This document shows positions 1-12,095 of a stretch of 64,000 bases of DNA, piece by piece (position 1 is the stretch's first letter; each line of letters starts with the position of its first letter). A program made the translations under genes and the position numbers. The notes beneath the pieces were generated by a model, which was not told where the DNA came from, did no database searches, and saw only the letters and a program-made list of their open reading frames with translations. The stretch is from Octopus vulgaris (Eukaryota): positions 148,242,001 through 148,306,000 of the forward strand of contig OX597815.1 of the NCBI GenBank assembly GCA_951406725.2. The letters are read 5' to 3'.

Positions 1-2995
1 TATTTACGCTTCTGCTAGGGCAATTGAAACCAGCTGTATGCCCCCGAAAAAACATAGACAACAAAACCTGGAAAGAAATCAAACCTGGAGAAGTAAAATT
101 GAAAAAGAGATTGAATTTATGAGAGGGGAAATATCAATATTAAATGAACTAATATGTGGAAATGATGTAAGATTCAGAACAGGAAAAAAGATGAAGAGAA
201 AATTTGGATCCTCACTAAGAAAAGAACTGATATCAATAAAAGAAACGCTGAAAAAGAAACGCAAGCAAAAGCCCAAAGAATACGAAGATTTGAGAAGAGA
301 AACAAGTTTTACAAGCAAAATAAGCTGTTCACATCTAATGCCAAAAACTTCTACAGAGAAATAGGGAAGGAGAAAGTAACCGTTAAAGACCCCCCTCCCA
401 TGGAAGAAGTTCAAAACTTTTGGAAAAGGATTTGGAGTGTCAAGAAGACGTACAACATAAATGCAGACTGGATTATACAAACTGAAGGATCCTACTAAAA
501 TTTACAACAACAAGCATGGGAAGACATCACAATAGCAGACCTAAGAAAGGCACTCACGAAGGCCCATAATAGGAAATCCCCCAGTAAAGATAGGGTGCCG
601 AATTTCTGGCTCGCATCGCTCCCATGCGCACACGGTAAGCTAGTTCAGCTGCTCAATGGAATTATGAGAGACCAAAGAAAACACCTGAATGGTTAGCAAG
701 TGGCATCACTTACCTACTCCCAAAGAATAACGAAACCAACCTTCCAAAAAACTATCGGCCTATAACCTGTCTATCCACCACGTATAAAATCTTAACATCT
801 ATCCTGGCGGAGAAAACATATGCATTCGTGGAGAAGAACGATATTTTCCCCATTGAACAAAAAGGGTGCCGCCGAGGCTCTTACGGATGCAAAGATCAAC
901 TGCTAATCAACCGTATGATCCTTGAGTACTGTCACAACAAGCGCAGAAATCTCAGCACCGCATGGATTGACTATAAAAAGGCCTTCGACAGTATACCGCA
1001 TCCATGGATCTTGAGATCGCTGGACATCTTCAAAATTTCCCCTGTGATTTCAAACTTCCTGAAGCACAATATGTCGTTGTGGAATACGAATCTCCAATTA
1101 TACCACTCTAATTGAGTACTTGCCTCAGAAAATATAAATATCAACTGTGGAATTTTTCAAGGTGACTCACTTTCACCTTTAATATTCTGCATAGCCCTAA
1201 TACCCCTTACAAGTGAAATAAACAGAACAGGGTATGGGTATAAAATTGTCAATAAAAAAATAAGCCATCTATTTTATATGGATGACTTAAAACTTTATGG
1301 TAAAGACAATAATGAACTTGAAGGCCTATTGAGCACTGTGAAAGCATTCAGCGATGACATCGGGATGGCGTTTGGACTTGAGAAGTGTGCCAAGGCCACT
1401 TTCCAGAAAGGGAAAGTGAAGACCACAAATTCAGTCGTGTTAGATGTTGACACAGTCATAAGAGAGCTTGAGCAAGAACAAACATACAAATATTTAGGGA
1501 TAAATGAAGGCTCTGGTATTCAGCATGCAAGCATGAAAGAGAAAATAAGGAAGGAATGTTATAGGAGAGTTCGTGCAGTCCTGAAATCTGAACTAAATGC
1601 ACGTAACAAGGTGTTAGCTATAAATTCCTTAGCAGTTCCAGTTGTAACTTATAGCTACAATGGGTTGAACTGGAATATGAGTGAAGGAAAGAATATAGAT
1701 AGGAAAATACGCAAGCTGCTGAGTTGTAATAGGATGCACCACCCAAAGACAGACGTAGATCGCCTTTACCTTCCCAGAGCCCAAGGTGGTCGAGGCCTGA
1801 TCCAATTTGAACTAGCTTACAAAACAACCACAATTAGACTGGCCAAATATCTCGAAATAACGAATGACTGGATGCTAAATCTCGTATAATATCACGAGAG
1901 ACGAAAGAAGCTTCATTCTATCAGAAAGGAAAGCAAAAATTTGCTATTGATCTCATGCAGGATACCCAAACTGAACAACCCGAGGGAAGTACGGCAACTA
2001 TTGTTGCAAAGAAGGTGAAAATGATGGCAATGAAAAAAGCGCACGAGCAATTGGCTGATAGGTGGGAGGAGAAACCTCTGCACGGCAAATATGTGACCCT
2101 CAGCAAACAAGCTGATGTTGACCAGAAGCAAACCCATCAGTGGCTACGGAGCTCAGGGCTAAAAGCAGAGAGCGAAGGTTTCATCCTGGCTGCTCAAGAT
2201 CAAAGCCTATTAACCCGGAACTACCAGGCCAATGTGATGAAAAATGGAGCAGACAAAAATGCCGTTTCTGCAACGACATGATTGAAACAGTGGACCACCT
2301 AATCTCTGGATGTAAAGTCTTAGCACCAGTGGAATATAAATTAAGACATGACAGAGTTGGCCAATATCTACACTGGCTAATAAGTCGGCATTACAATATC
2401 AAAACTGCCGACAAGTGGTATAATCACCACCCTGAGGCTGTAACTGAAGGAGAAAATGTAACGATTCTGTGGGACTTTCCGGTACATACAGACCGAACCA
2501 TCAAGGCCAATAAACCAGATATTGTTGTGAAAGACCAAAACAATAAAGTTTGCTTATTGATCGACATGAGCATCCCCTGTGATTATAATATCTCAGCGAA
2601 AGAGTTTGACAAGCTCAGAAAATATAAAGACCTATTTATTGAAATTGAGAAAATGTGGCATCTCAAGGCGGTTACAATACCAGTGATCGTAGGAGCACTA
2701 GGAATGATCAAGAAGGGAACCGAAAATTATATGAGAATGATCCCTGGCTTACCATCCCTGCAAGAAGTGCAAAAGATTGTCTTAACTGGTACATCACACG
2801 TATTGAGAAGAGCATTGTCGATGTGAGAACTGTTGCTGCTCATGTATTTTAATTTAACTTAAAAAAAAAAAAAAATGAACGAACTACTGAGTTTGGTTTA
2901 ATGGCCTACCAATGTATACTATGAGTTTCTTTGCCCTAGGAGTCGGGAAGACACTCGGCAAGAAATGGAAGCAAATTTGAAAGAAGAAAAAAAAA

Positions 2996-2996
<1 letters not shown>
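1..2996 (+). mobile_element. R4/Dong-clade non-LTR retrotransposon (RT + CCHC + restriction-like endonuclease), inactivated by stops/frameshifts, 5' end outside the window
   Basis: Consecutive ORF fragments give NYRPITCL, EQKGCR, WIDYKKAFDS, GIFQGDSLSPL, HLFYMDDLK, YKYLG, RLYLPRAQGGRGL, then CRFC..ETVDHLISGC, RHD and PD..LIDMS..K..KY. Stop at 2826, short 3' UTR, then (TAA)n. Confidence 0.92.

Positions 2997-3069
<73 letters not shown>
2997..3069 (+). repeat. (TAA)n microsatellite between two Dong-like LINEs
   Basis: Pure TAA run. Confidence 0.98.
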
Positions 3070-4109
3070 CATACAAGGAACAAGCACAGAAAAAGCTAAG
3101 CGCATGAAAACCCGTGCCAAAACTGCGGCCTTAGATATTCTGAATAATAAATGGCAAGAAAAACCTCTCTATGGCAAATACCCAAAGAGAGCGAATAATG
3201 CAGATATTGACAAAGCCCTGACCCATCAATGGCTAATGGCCTCTGGCTTAAAATCTGAAACAGAAGGGTTTATCATAGCAGCTCAAGATCAATGCCTACC
3301 AACAAGAATCTACCAGGCCAACATATTAAAGAACGGCAGTAGCCCGACCTGTCGTATATGCCGACAACAAAATGAAACCATTGATCATGTTGTCTCCAAG
3401 TGCAGCCTTCTAGCGCCTACAGAGTACCTCAACAGGCATGATAGAGCTTCACAATATATTCACTGGGTAATTTGCAAAAACCTGGATTTGCCCCACGAAA
3501 AAAACTGGTAAGAACACAAACAACCTCTAGTGCTTGAAAATGACCACATCTCACTCCTCTGGAACTTCACCATTCAAACTGACAGAAAGATAGATGCAAA
3601 CAGGTCAGACATTATATTGAAAGACTTCAGACAAAGAATGTGCCTCCTCATTGATATGACTGTCCCAATCAATATAAACGTATCTGTCAAGACCTACCAA
3701 AAACTGAGCAAATATAAAGATCTTGAAATAGAAATCAGCAAAATGCGGAACCTGAAAACTAAAAGAATACCTGTTGTCATAGGTGCCCTGGGAATGATAG
3801 CGAAAGGGGTTGATTGCTACCTAACGCAGATACCAGGAAACCCCAAAATGGCAGAAATTCAAAAGATAGTGCTCATGGGAACTGCTCATATCCTACGCAA
3901 AATACTCTCTATGTAATCTCAAAGTTTAAAACAAACTTTTTTTTTTAATAAATTTTTAGACATTCACTAGTACAACACCAAACAACCCCCCCAAATATTT
4001 GGCACACTAGGCATAACAACAACGTGAACTTCCAACCTGTTGTCTCTTGAGGTCTCTGGGTGAGACTTGGAGCCAATTTGTACAAACATAAAGCAAAAGT
4101 CAAACATAG
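3070..4109 (+). mobile_element. Second, 5'-truncated R4/Dong-clade LINE of a different subfamily (C-terminal CCHC + RLE domain)
   Basis: ORFs 3104-3511 and 3530-3916 (KWQEKPLYGKY, GLKSETEGFIIAAQDQ, CRIC..ETIDHVVSKC, RHD, LLIDMT, KYKDL) are paralogous to 1955-2826. Starts right after one TAA tract and ends before another. Confidence 0.92.
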
Positions 4110-4286
<177 letters not shown>

Positions 4287-4375
4287 TGCCCTGATGCAGT
4301 ACCAGAAAGTGGCTTCTGATCTTAACTTATTGGGAGCTTTATCATGTACATTGTTTTGTCTTGGTATAAAGGAAT

Positions 4376-4490
4376 TTCAACCGTGTTTCGTGGTCTGCTA
4401 CCACAACAGCTCCTTTATAGGATCCAGTTAACTCAAGAAATTATGAGGAGGAACCACGTCCGGTTTCGGCAACTACTCCTCTACCGTTGG
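4376..4490. repeat. Dispersed repeat, unclassified; second copy at ~11635-11745
   Basis: ccgtgtttcgtggtctgctaccacaaca...gaggaaccacgtccgg..tcggc..ctactcctctaccgt occurs at both sites. Confidence 0.75.
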
Positions 4491-4565
4491 CCATAGTCTA
4501 ACAATTGAAACAAATGAAATAAAAGAAAATGACAAACACTCACACACGCACGCACACATATATAC

Positions 4566-4623
<58 letters not shown>

Positions 4624-4957
4624 GAGTGAGCGAGCAGAGCATGCCATCAAAGTGACACTGAGGTAAAATATACGAAGCCCAGTATACCCATCATGACTAC
4701 CCGTCTGATAAGGGTACACCAGGCACATGCATCATAACCATATGTGCGCGACATGGTGATCTCATATCAAGATAAACAGCACATGACCTTGCAGGTGGAG
4801 CCCAGGTAGAATTTTCTTCAGATCGAGTAACCCATCCCGCTCAAAAGGTCCCTGAATAAGGGTTGTTTAAGAACGTTGAACGAAACACCCATGTTTCCAG
4901 AGGTGAATTATTCAAACCCCAAAGAATCCTTCTCAACACATGGCTATGATGCTCCCC
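4624..4957 (-). mobile_element. Probable 3' UTR fragment of a Dong-like LINE between two (TTA)n tracts (4566-4623, 4958-5033)
   Basis: Non-coding segment flanked on both sides by TTA runs, the same insertion signature as the coding Dong copies; family assignment is inferred. Confidence 0.55.
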
Positions 4958-4991
<34 letters not shown>

Positions 4992-5033
4992 ATTATTAAT
5001 ATTATTATTATTACTATTATTATTATCATTATT

Positions 5034-5125
5034 ATATGTTTTACTTTGTATAAGTTTACTCCAAGTCTCACCCAGAGACTCAAGAGACAAGTTAGAAGTT
5101 CACGTTGGTGTTATGCCTGGGGTGT
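5034..5125 (-). mobile_element. Short inverted copy of the 3' end of the 3070-4109 Dong-like LINE
   Basis: Reverse complement (ggcataacaccaacgtgaacttc..tgtctcttgag.tctctgggtgagacttggag..tacaaagtaaaacata) matches ~4010-4109 and is followed by (TAA)n on the minus strand. Confidence 0.88.
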
Positions 5126-5159
5126 TATATATTTGATTTTGCACAAAATATTGTTCTAG

Positions 5160-5430
5160 AGAAGCCCGTCGTATATACGTATATATGTGTGTGTATGTGT
5201 GTGTTTGTGTGTGTATTTGTATGTTTGTGTATCTATATTTGTCCCCGCTACCATCGCTTGACATCCGGTGATGATGTGCGCAAGTCCCCGTAACATAGTG
5301 GTTCGGCGAAAGAAACTGATAGAATAAGTAGTAGGTTCACAAACAATAAGTATTGAGGGCGTTTTGTTCGACTAAAAGGCGTTGCTCTAGAATGACCACA
5401 GTCAAATGACTGAAACAAGTAAAAGAATAT
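5160..5430 (+). mobile_element. 3' half of the tRNA-derived SINE family also at 17867, 43066 and 46001
   Basis: Shared blocks ggttcggcgaaaga..gatagaataagta and aaggcg..gctctag.atg.cc.cagtcaaatgactgaaacaagtaaaa. Confidence 0.8.
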
Positions 5431-5450
5431 ATAACCCCACCATTTATTGA

Positions 5451-5514
<64 letters not shown>

Positions 5515-5614
5515 GATAGATAGATAATACATATATATATGTATGTGTGTGTGTGTGTATATGTAGTTATGCATGTATGTATATATGTATGTATTCTTTA
5601 TATTCTATCTTTGT

Positions 5615-5750
5615 TTCTTTCTGTGTTTCTTTCTGTGGAGGCACGCACGCTCGAAACGTTAAAGTCTTTTCAATTCCCTGGCTTTAAACTAATACATCTG
5701 ATTCTTGTCTACACTACCTGTCTCCGTCTTTCGTTCTGTTGTGAATTCTG
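5615..5750 (+). repeat. Short repeat with a hammerhead-like motif, degenerate copy; homolog at 13985-14120
   Basis: ctttCTGTGGA..gctcGAAAcgttaaag..aaactaata shared with 13994-14065. Confidence 0.6.
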
Positions 5751-5906
5751 TATATATATATATATACTGTTGTGTCTGGGGTGAGTCATTTTCTTTTTGT
5801 GCCTGATAATCTAACACACTTACGGGTAAAATTTCCACTTTCTACTTATTTTTATTTACTAAAATTTTCGTTGCGTCTCGCAACCTTTGCAATAGTTTTG
5901 ACTCTG

Positions 5907-5953
<47 letters not shown>

Positions 5954-6050
5954 TAGTGTGTCTGAAGAGTCATTCACTTTTAGTGCCTTATTATTTAACA
6001 TGCAGAATTGTTCAGCTTCCACTTATTTTCTTAAAAGTGTGTCTGAATAG

Positions 6051-6570
6051 TCATCATCATCATCATCATTATCAACCTCATCATCATCAACATCATCGTC
6101 CTCTTTCCATGCTGGCATGGCTTGGATGGTTTCTACAGCTTGTTGCCCTTCCAAACGCCAACCACTCCTAGGTTGTGGGTACGTTTTACATGCCGCCGGC
6201 ACCGGAGCCAGTCAGGTGCCACTGGCAAAAATCATGCAGGAAAGGTGATTTCTTCCTGCCACCAGCACGGGACAATTCAGGAGGCACTGGCATCAACCGC
6301 GCTCGAATAGTGCTTTTTACTTGCCACAGTCACGGGTGCCATTCAAGCGGTACTGTCATCGGGAACTACAATGATTTTACTTGGCTCAACAGGCCTTCGC
6401 AAGCGCAATTAAATGGTCTGGGGGCGCTGCACTGGCATAGGCCACGGTTATGGTCTTACTTGGCATGCGGGGTATTCTGAAGCACAGCAAATCTGCAAAC
6501 ATCTCGGTCAATTGTCATCGCCACGATGAGGCCCAACGCTCGAAGGACGTGCTTCGCCACCACATAATGA
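6051..6570 (-). mobile_element. Short retroposon fragment with a (GAT)n 3' tail, RTE-type end
   Basis: (CAT)n at 6051-6096 is followed by ctttccatgctggcatggcttggatgg, i.e. a minus-strand 3' end; the body has internal ggcac repeats. Confidence 0.5.
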
Positions 6571-6689
6571 GGAACTAAAAGAGGATGACTGTCCCGAGAA
6601 ACAAAAAAGTATTCTTCAACACACGAATTCACATAAATAATCTTGTGTACCAAACTCAAAAGCGAAATATATATACGTATTAAAAGGTC

Positions 6690-6727
<38 letters not shown>

Positions 6728-7045
6728 TATGTGTGTGTGTGTGTGTGTGTGCACATGTATATAGATATATATATATATTTAAAATGTTATGTATATATAC
6801 AAAATGTAATTATATAGATAGATAGATAGATAGATAGATATTCAAAAAAAAGAGAGAGAAAAGTGAGAGAGAAAGAAAGGAAGTCACCTGGTGAGATCCA
6901 GAGATGCTCAAAATAGAGAACATGTCCTGTTCAAATGATTTCAACACATACTCCGCAATCTTTATCGTGGACTGGAGCCGCGGAGTAAAGAGAGGTTTTA
7001 AAAGGAAACTACCTGAGCTGATATGGAGATAAGAATGGAAGTAAA

Positions 7046-7082
<37 letters not shown>

Positions 7083-7904
7083 TAAATGTACATGTGTGAG
7101 TGTAGGTGTGTGTGTATGCGCACGTATGTTTGTATTCATACAGATGTCCATGCACACAATTAGACGTGTACTTAGACCTATGAAGTGAGCAAGAGAGAGA
7201 ACGAGAGAGAGTGAGAGAGAATTTTTGGGGTGTAATCAATGATGGAAGAGTCTGTAGAGAGTCTCAATTTTCATCATTAGATGTAATCAGGTAAAGCAGT
7301 GTATTGCACAGATCAAACCCGAAAACACGCTTCCCAAATTGAAACTAAAAAAATAATTACAATAATATCTTTACTAAGTTATTATGAAAATGAATAATGT
7401 ATGATATGAAAAGAATTACTAATAGTTCCTCCGGGGTGAAAAATATTTGGGTTTTTGTTCGTTGTTTCGTTTGAAAAAGTAACATACAAAAAACAAATTC
7501 AAAACAAATCAATTTGGATCCATTTGATTGAAAGCATAATGGAAATGAATTATTTGCAAAATTATTGATTAGTAAAGTGACCCCTGAAGAAATGTTTAGA
7601 AGCATTCTCTCTACTGCTTTTTGTAGTGCAATCTATTCTAAATCATTATTAAACTTGCACTCACGCCAGTTGCATCTCTCTTTTCCGGTAAAATTATCAA
7701 AAAAAAAATAATAAAGGAAGACATAAGAAAAATTTAAAACACAAATAGTCGGTGCTTGAAACTACAGAGATTTCTATCACTGAAAACTAAAGGGGAAAAA
7801 AGAAGGAAAACATAGAAACAGAGAAAGAAAAAGAAAATGAAATAGAGAGAGAAAGACAGATGAAATAGTAGAAGGATGAGAAGGACGAGGAGGAGCGGAA
7901 GGGT

Positions 7905-8031
7905 TGAAGAAGAAGAAGATGAAGTAGAAGAAGAAGAAGAAGAAGAAGAAGAAGAAGAAGAAGAAGAAGAAGAAGAAGAAGAAGAAGAATTGAAGAAGTA
8001 GAAGACGATGAAGAAGCAGAAGAAGAAGAAG

Positions 8032-8063
<32 letters not shown>

Positions 8064-8160
8064 GAAGAAAATGGAGAAGAAGAAGAAGAAGAAGAAGAAG
8101 AAGAAGAAGAAGAAGAAGAAGAAGAAGAAGAAGAAGAAGAAGAAGAAGCAGCAGCAGCAA
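7905..8160 (+). repeat. (GAA)n polypurine microsatellite
   Basis: Direct reading; source of the poly-L/poly-F ORF 7777-8199. Confidence 0.97.
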
Positions 8161-8342
8161 CCCTGAATTTAAACGAAATGCAATTGTTTTATTAGGCAAA
8201 TGTATGTAGCCATTACTGCTTAATCTGTGGTTTATAAGTTTTATAGCAGGGGATATTTTTTGGTCTCACTTTAAGCATATTTTGCTAAGTGTTACAAAAT
8301 GTATTCTCTGTTTTAACTCACATTATGCTGAATTTTACAGGA

Positions 8343-8373
<31 letters not shown>

Positions 8374-8716
8374 TATCCCAGCGTTCACTATTTCCCTCCC
8401 ACTCTAATCTAACAACCGTCCATGCTTGTTTTCTTTCGATTTCCTAGCATTTCTCTACTTATATGTTTTTGTTCCCGAATTTGAACCTCCATAAATCATA
8501 AATTTTATTTTAGAAATTATGAGAGCAACTGTGATTGAAGACGCTTATTGTCGTTGAATGCTCACAATTCCTAGGTAGACAGCGGACAACTGATGACGGG
8601 TCCTTTGTCTGTGTTTACTTGTCCTTTTTTTCATTTTTTCCTCGTTGCTGACGGATTTAACTCGTATGTTTACGTATTATATGATATATGCACCGTTGAT
8701 GTCCTGTATCCATATA

Positions 8717-8758
<42 letters not shown>

Positions 8759-8839
8759 TTTCGATTGGTGAATAACGTTCTGTTTATCATGTAGGCAGTC
8801 ATCGTAATTGTTATAATGACTTGTTGTTGAGAGAGGCTC

Positions 8840-8930
8840 CCTTTCTTTCCTGATGAGAAGATTGCATCTTACACAGTTTATTCCTTTGGAATAGAACCAT
8901 GTTGTCTTCGAAACATGTCGAAAGTAAAGG
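8840..8930 (+). ncRNA. Type I minimal hammerhead ribozyme, copy A
   Basis: Stem I cctttctttc/gaaag(t)aaagg; CUGAUGA 8850-8856; stem II gaaga/tcttc; GAAA 8910-8913; palindromic ACAUGU stem III; GUC 8917-8919. Confidence 0.8.
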
Positions 8931-9332
8931 AATTTTATTAACGTCTTCGTTAAACACCATTTATTTATTTATCCATCTATCTATCAAGAGTTGTCATTTA
9001 TCACCGCACACAAACAATCACGCACGCACATACACACACATAGACACGAATGCAGTTATATACATACACACACATAGGTACTCAATCTCATTGGCAAAAG
9101 CAAACAACAACGCATCACCATACATACGACTTGCACTCTGTCACCCCCCTATTCTTAGAACTTTCCCGTTCCAAACATTTTTGAACTCTTGAACTTTTTA
9201 GAATCTTCTCCATCCAACAAATTTTGACGCCACTGCTTATAACGGAATATTTTAAAGAAACACTCATTATCACTATGGACTCCGTGTGGGCAGTCATCTA
9301 AAAGTTTTTGTTCGTCATGATGCTGACATAAG

Positions 9333-9431
9333 TTCCTTGTCTTTCCTGATGAGAATGCGGCATAATACACCCTTTATTCCTTCGGAATTAGGAATATGCA
9401 GTCTTCGAAACATATGTCGAGAATAAAGGAA
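9333..9431 (+). ncRNA. Type I minimal hammerhead ribozyme, copy B, within repeat ~9262-9620
   Basis: CUGAUGA 9346-9352; GAAA 9407-9410; ACAUAUGU; GUC 9416-9418; stem I ttcctt..tttc/gaga..aaggaa. Confidence 0.75.
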
Positions 9432-9618
9432 TTTTGTTAAAACGTCGTTCAACTCCATTCATTCATTTATTTATAGTAAAAAAAAACACACAAATTTCCA
9501 CACGAAAGCACGTGATCTCTGCCCTTAGCATGTAGTTTCAACCGTGTTTTCTGACGTGAATTTGCTACCCGGGTATCGGTTAACCGAATTATCCATACTA
9601 GGATTATTCATTCAACTA

Positions 9619-9667
<49 letters not shown>

Positions 9668-10326
9668 CATCAAATCAAGGAATGTTTTACCATCACTAAC
9701 TCATTATTATATTTGTACTGGTCTACATTGCTACGGGCGTGCCTGCACACACACACATTTATACATGTTTTGGGGAATATATGTTTACTATAGATATGGA
9801 TATATAATATATATACATAACTATAGTTTATATACTTACCTATAGCAAGCAACACTCATGTGTATCACATAGAGTTTATTGATCGATGTTTTTCTCGACT
9901 GTGGGACAAATATATATTCAGTCTTTCTTGCGATCGTATTTGCAAACTCTCTTACATCCTCATTTTCTTTTTCTCTCTCTCTCTCAATCTTTCTCCCTCT
10001 CTCTCTTTCACTGTATTGTTATATTCTTCTCTTCCTTAATTTTGAAATACATGTAGTCTTAGTCGAAAGTGAATGTAGCATTAGTCCCTATTAACAATAT
10101 TCTGTGTTAATTATGCCTGTTTGCCAATAGACTTTGAGGCATACGTAGATATCTTTTTGCTATAGCTTAAAATCTATTTCGTTTTCAACGTTATTACCTC
10201 AAGCGAAATTAATACCTACGTTGGTTTCTTTTCACATCGTCCTGTGTACTTTTATAGTTACATAGGTACAATAAATATCGTTGACATCTTTCTTATATCT
10301 TCAGCCACTTGTTAACTGATGTTAAA

Positions 10327-10964
10327 GATGTTCCTTCTTTGATCTTCTTCAATCGGTTCTCCCAAATAATTGAGAAGTAAATAATCAAGCATCTATAAGG
10401 ACAGATGTATTCCGACAGCTGTAGGAATAGGTTTCTATGGAAGAATTCCTGAAAGACGACATTTGACTTTCTAAGAGTCGTCTCCATCTGCATATTACTA
10501 TACAGTAAAGCAAAACCTCGCCTATCTTCCTACCACATAATGCACTTTTATGAGAAAAAATATTTCGAAAATATTTTACCTGACAATTTCTCAAATGAAT
10601 TGTGTTCTTCAGGAAAATTAAAGAAATACTGTTCAGTACCAAAATAGAATATACAACATGAGTGACTCGGAGATGTCAAAAATTAATCTTAGTTGCCGAA
10701 TATCAGCCATCATGAATTAAATTAGAAAACAGCACATACAAGAGACCATCTGCAATGCGCAACACTGTAATTTATCAGAAAGCCTTGGGAAATATATTTT
10801 GGGGTTGGAGGTTTGGGTCTTTTGAACGATGTTCCTCCTTTGATCTTCTTGAATCGGTTCTTCGAAATAACTGAGAAGTAAATAATCATGCATCTATAAG
10901 GACAGATGTATTCCGACAGCTGTAGGAATAGGTTTCTATGTAAGAATTCTTAAAAGGCGACATT
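10327..10964 (+). repeat. ~137-bp direct repeat pair (10327-10463 and 10828-10964)
   Basis: gatgttcct..tttgatcttctt.aatcggttct...ggacagatgtattccgacagctgtaggaataggtttctatg.aagaattc..gacatt occurs twice, 501 bp apart. Confidence 0.9.
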
Positions 10965-11167
10965 GTGGGACGCAGGAGAATTAGTAAGGAACACATTATG
11001 AGTGACGACATAGACGAACGGGAGGTAAAGGTCATCACAACAGAAAAAAGTATTTGGAAAATGTATCATTGTGTCTGTGATCAGCGATTGCAGTGAACTA
11101 GCCAGCGATTTCATGCAACACAAGGAAATGAACATTTTTGTTATTCAGTTTGGTATATGTGTGCATT

Positions 11168-11550
11168 GTGGAGGCGCAATGGCCCAGTGGTTAGGGCAGC
11201 GGACTCGCAGTCGTAGGATCGCGGTTTCGATTCCCAGACCGGGCGTTGTGAGTGTTTATTGAGCGAAAACACCTAAAAGCTCTACGAGGCTCCGGCAAGG
11301 ATGGTGGTGATCCCTGCTGTACTCTTTCACCACAACTTTCTCTCACTCTTACTTCCTGTTTCTGTTGTACCCGTATTTCAAAGGGCCGGCCTTGTCACTC
11401 TCTGTGTCACGCTAAATATCCCCGAGAACTACGTTAAAGGTACACGTGTCTGTGGAGTGCTCAGCCACTTACACGTTAATTTCACGAGCAGGCTGTTCCG
11501 TTGATCGGATCAACCGGAACCCTCGTCGTCGGAACCGACGGATTGCTTCC
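11168..11550 (+). mobile_element. tRNA-derived SINE with an Arg(UCG)-like head
   Basis: A box tggcccagtgg, anticodon loop gactcgca, B box gtttcgattcc. Related head at 52661 and an inverted fragment at ~25500-25550. Confidence 0.85.
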
Positions 11551-11859
11551 CCATCTGTGCATTGGAGTAATAGTGACTAAAGAGCGGAAGCAGTGTTGTA
11601 CCCTTAAAGTCATATATGATTTCTAGGAGGAATTACAGCCGTGTTTCGTGGTCTGCTACCACAACAACTCTTTTATAGTATCCACTTAGCTCAAGACATC
11701 AGGAGGAACCACGTCCGGGTTCGGCCCCTACTCCTCTACCGTATTCTGACGTGGCGTGCCCCCTTCTTTCGGAGGTGTCTTCAGCTCTGGGGTTGGGTGC
11801 ATGTCTCCTTTCTTCTGTTCTCTGGCCTCTTCGATGTATCGTCAGCGAGTGTCAGCCGG

Positions 11860-12095
11860 TAACTGACAGACTTGTCAAATTTTTCCCTTTAAATACGTGA
11901 CACTGTCTCACCTTATAACTATAGCGACGTTCCTTCCGACTTTACTTGTGAGTTCAAATGTCGCCGTGGCCGACTTTAGATTTCCTCCTTTATGAGTCGA
12001 TGAAATATTTACAAACTGAGCGCTTTGTTGGATACAAATGACTGATCCTCCGCCCAGGCAAAATCGCAGGTCTTGTGCCAAAATTTGAAACCAAT
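11860..12095 (+). mobile_element. Degenerate SINE of the 21262 family (Deu/Nin-like central domain)
   Basis: gagttcaaat..cgccg.gg.cgacttt..tttc.tccttt..gagtcgat.aaat. Confidence 0.6.

Noticed and set aside
79-480. Minus-strand ORFs overlapping the Dong LINE (79-480, 1295-1489, 1618-2137)
   Set aside because: Antisense shadows of the retrotransposon ORF
11178-11250. tRNA-Arg-like sequences at 11178, 14438 and 52670 as real tRNA genes
   Set aside because: No proper acceptor stem, and they run into multi-copy SINE bodies
11760-11790. Minus-strand CUGAAGA..GAAA motif
   Set aside because: Stem II cannot form; likely chance
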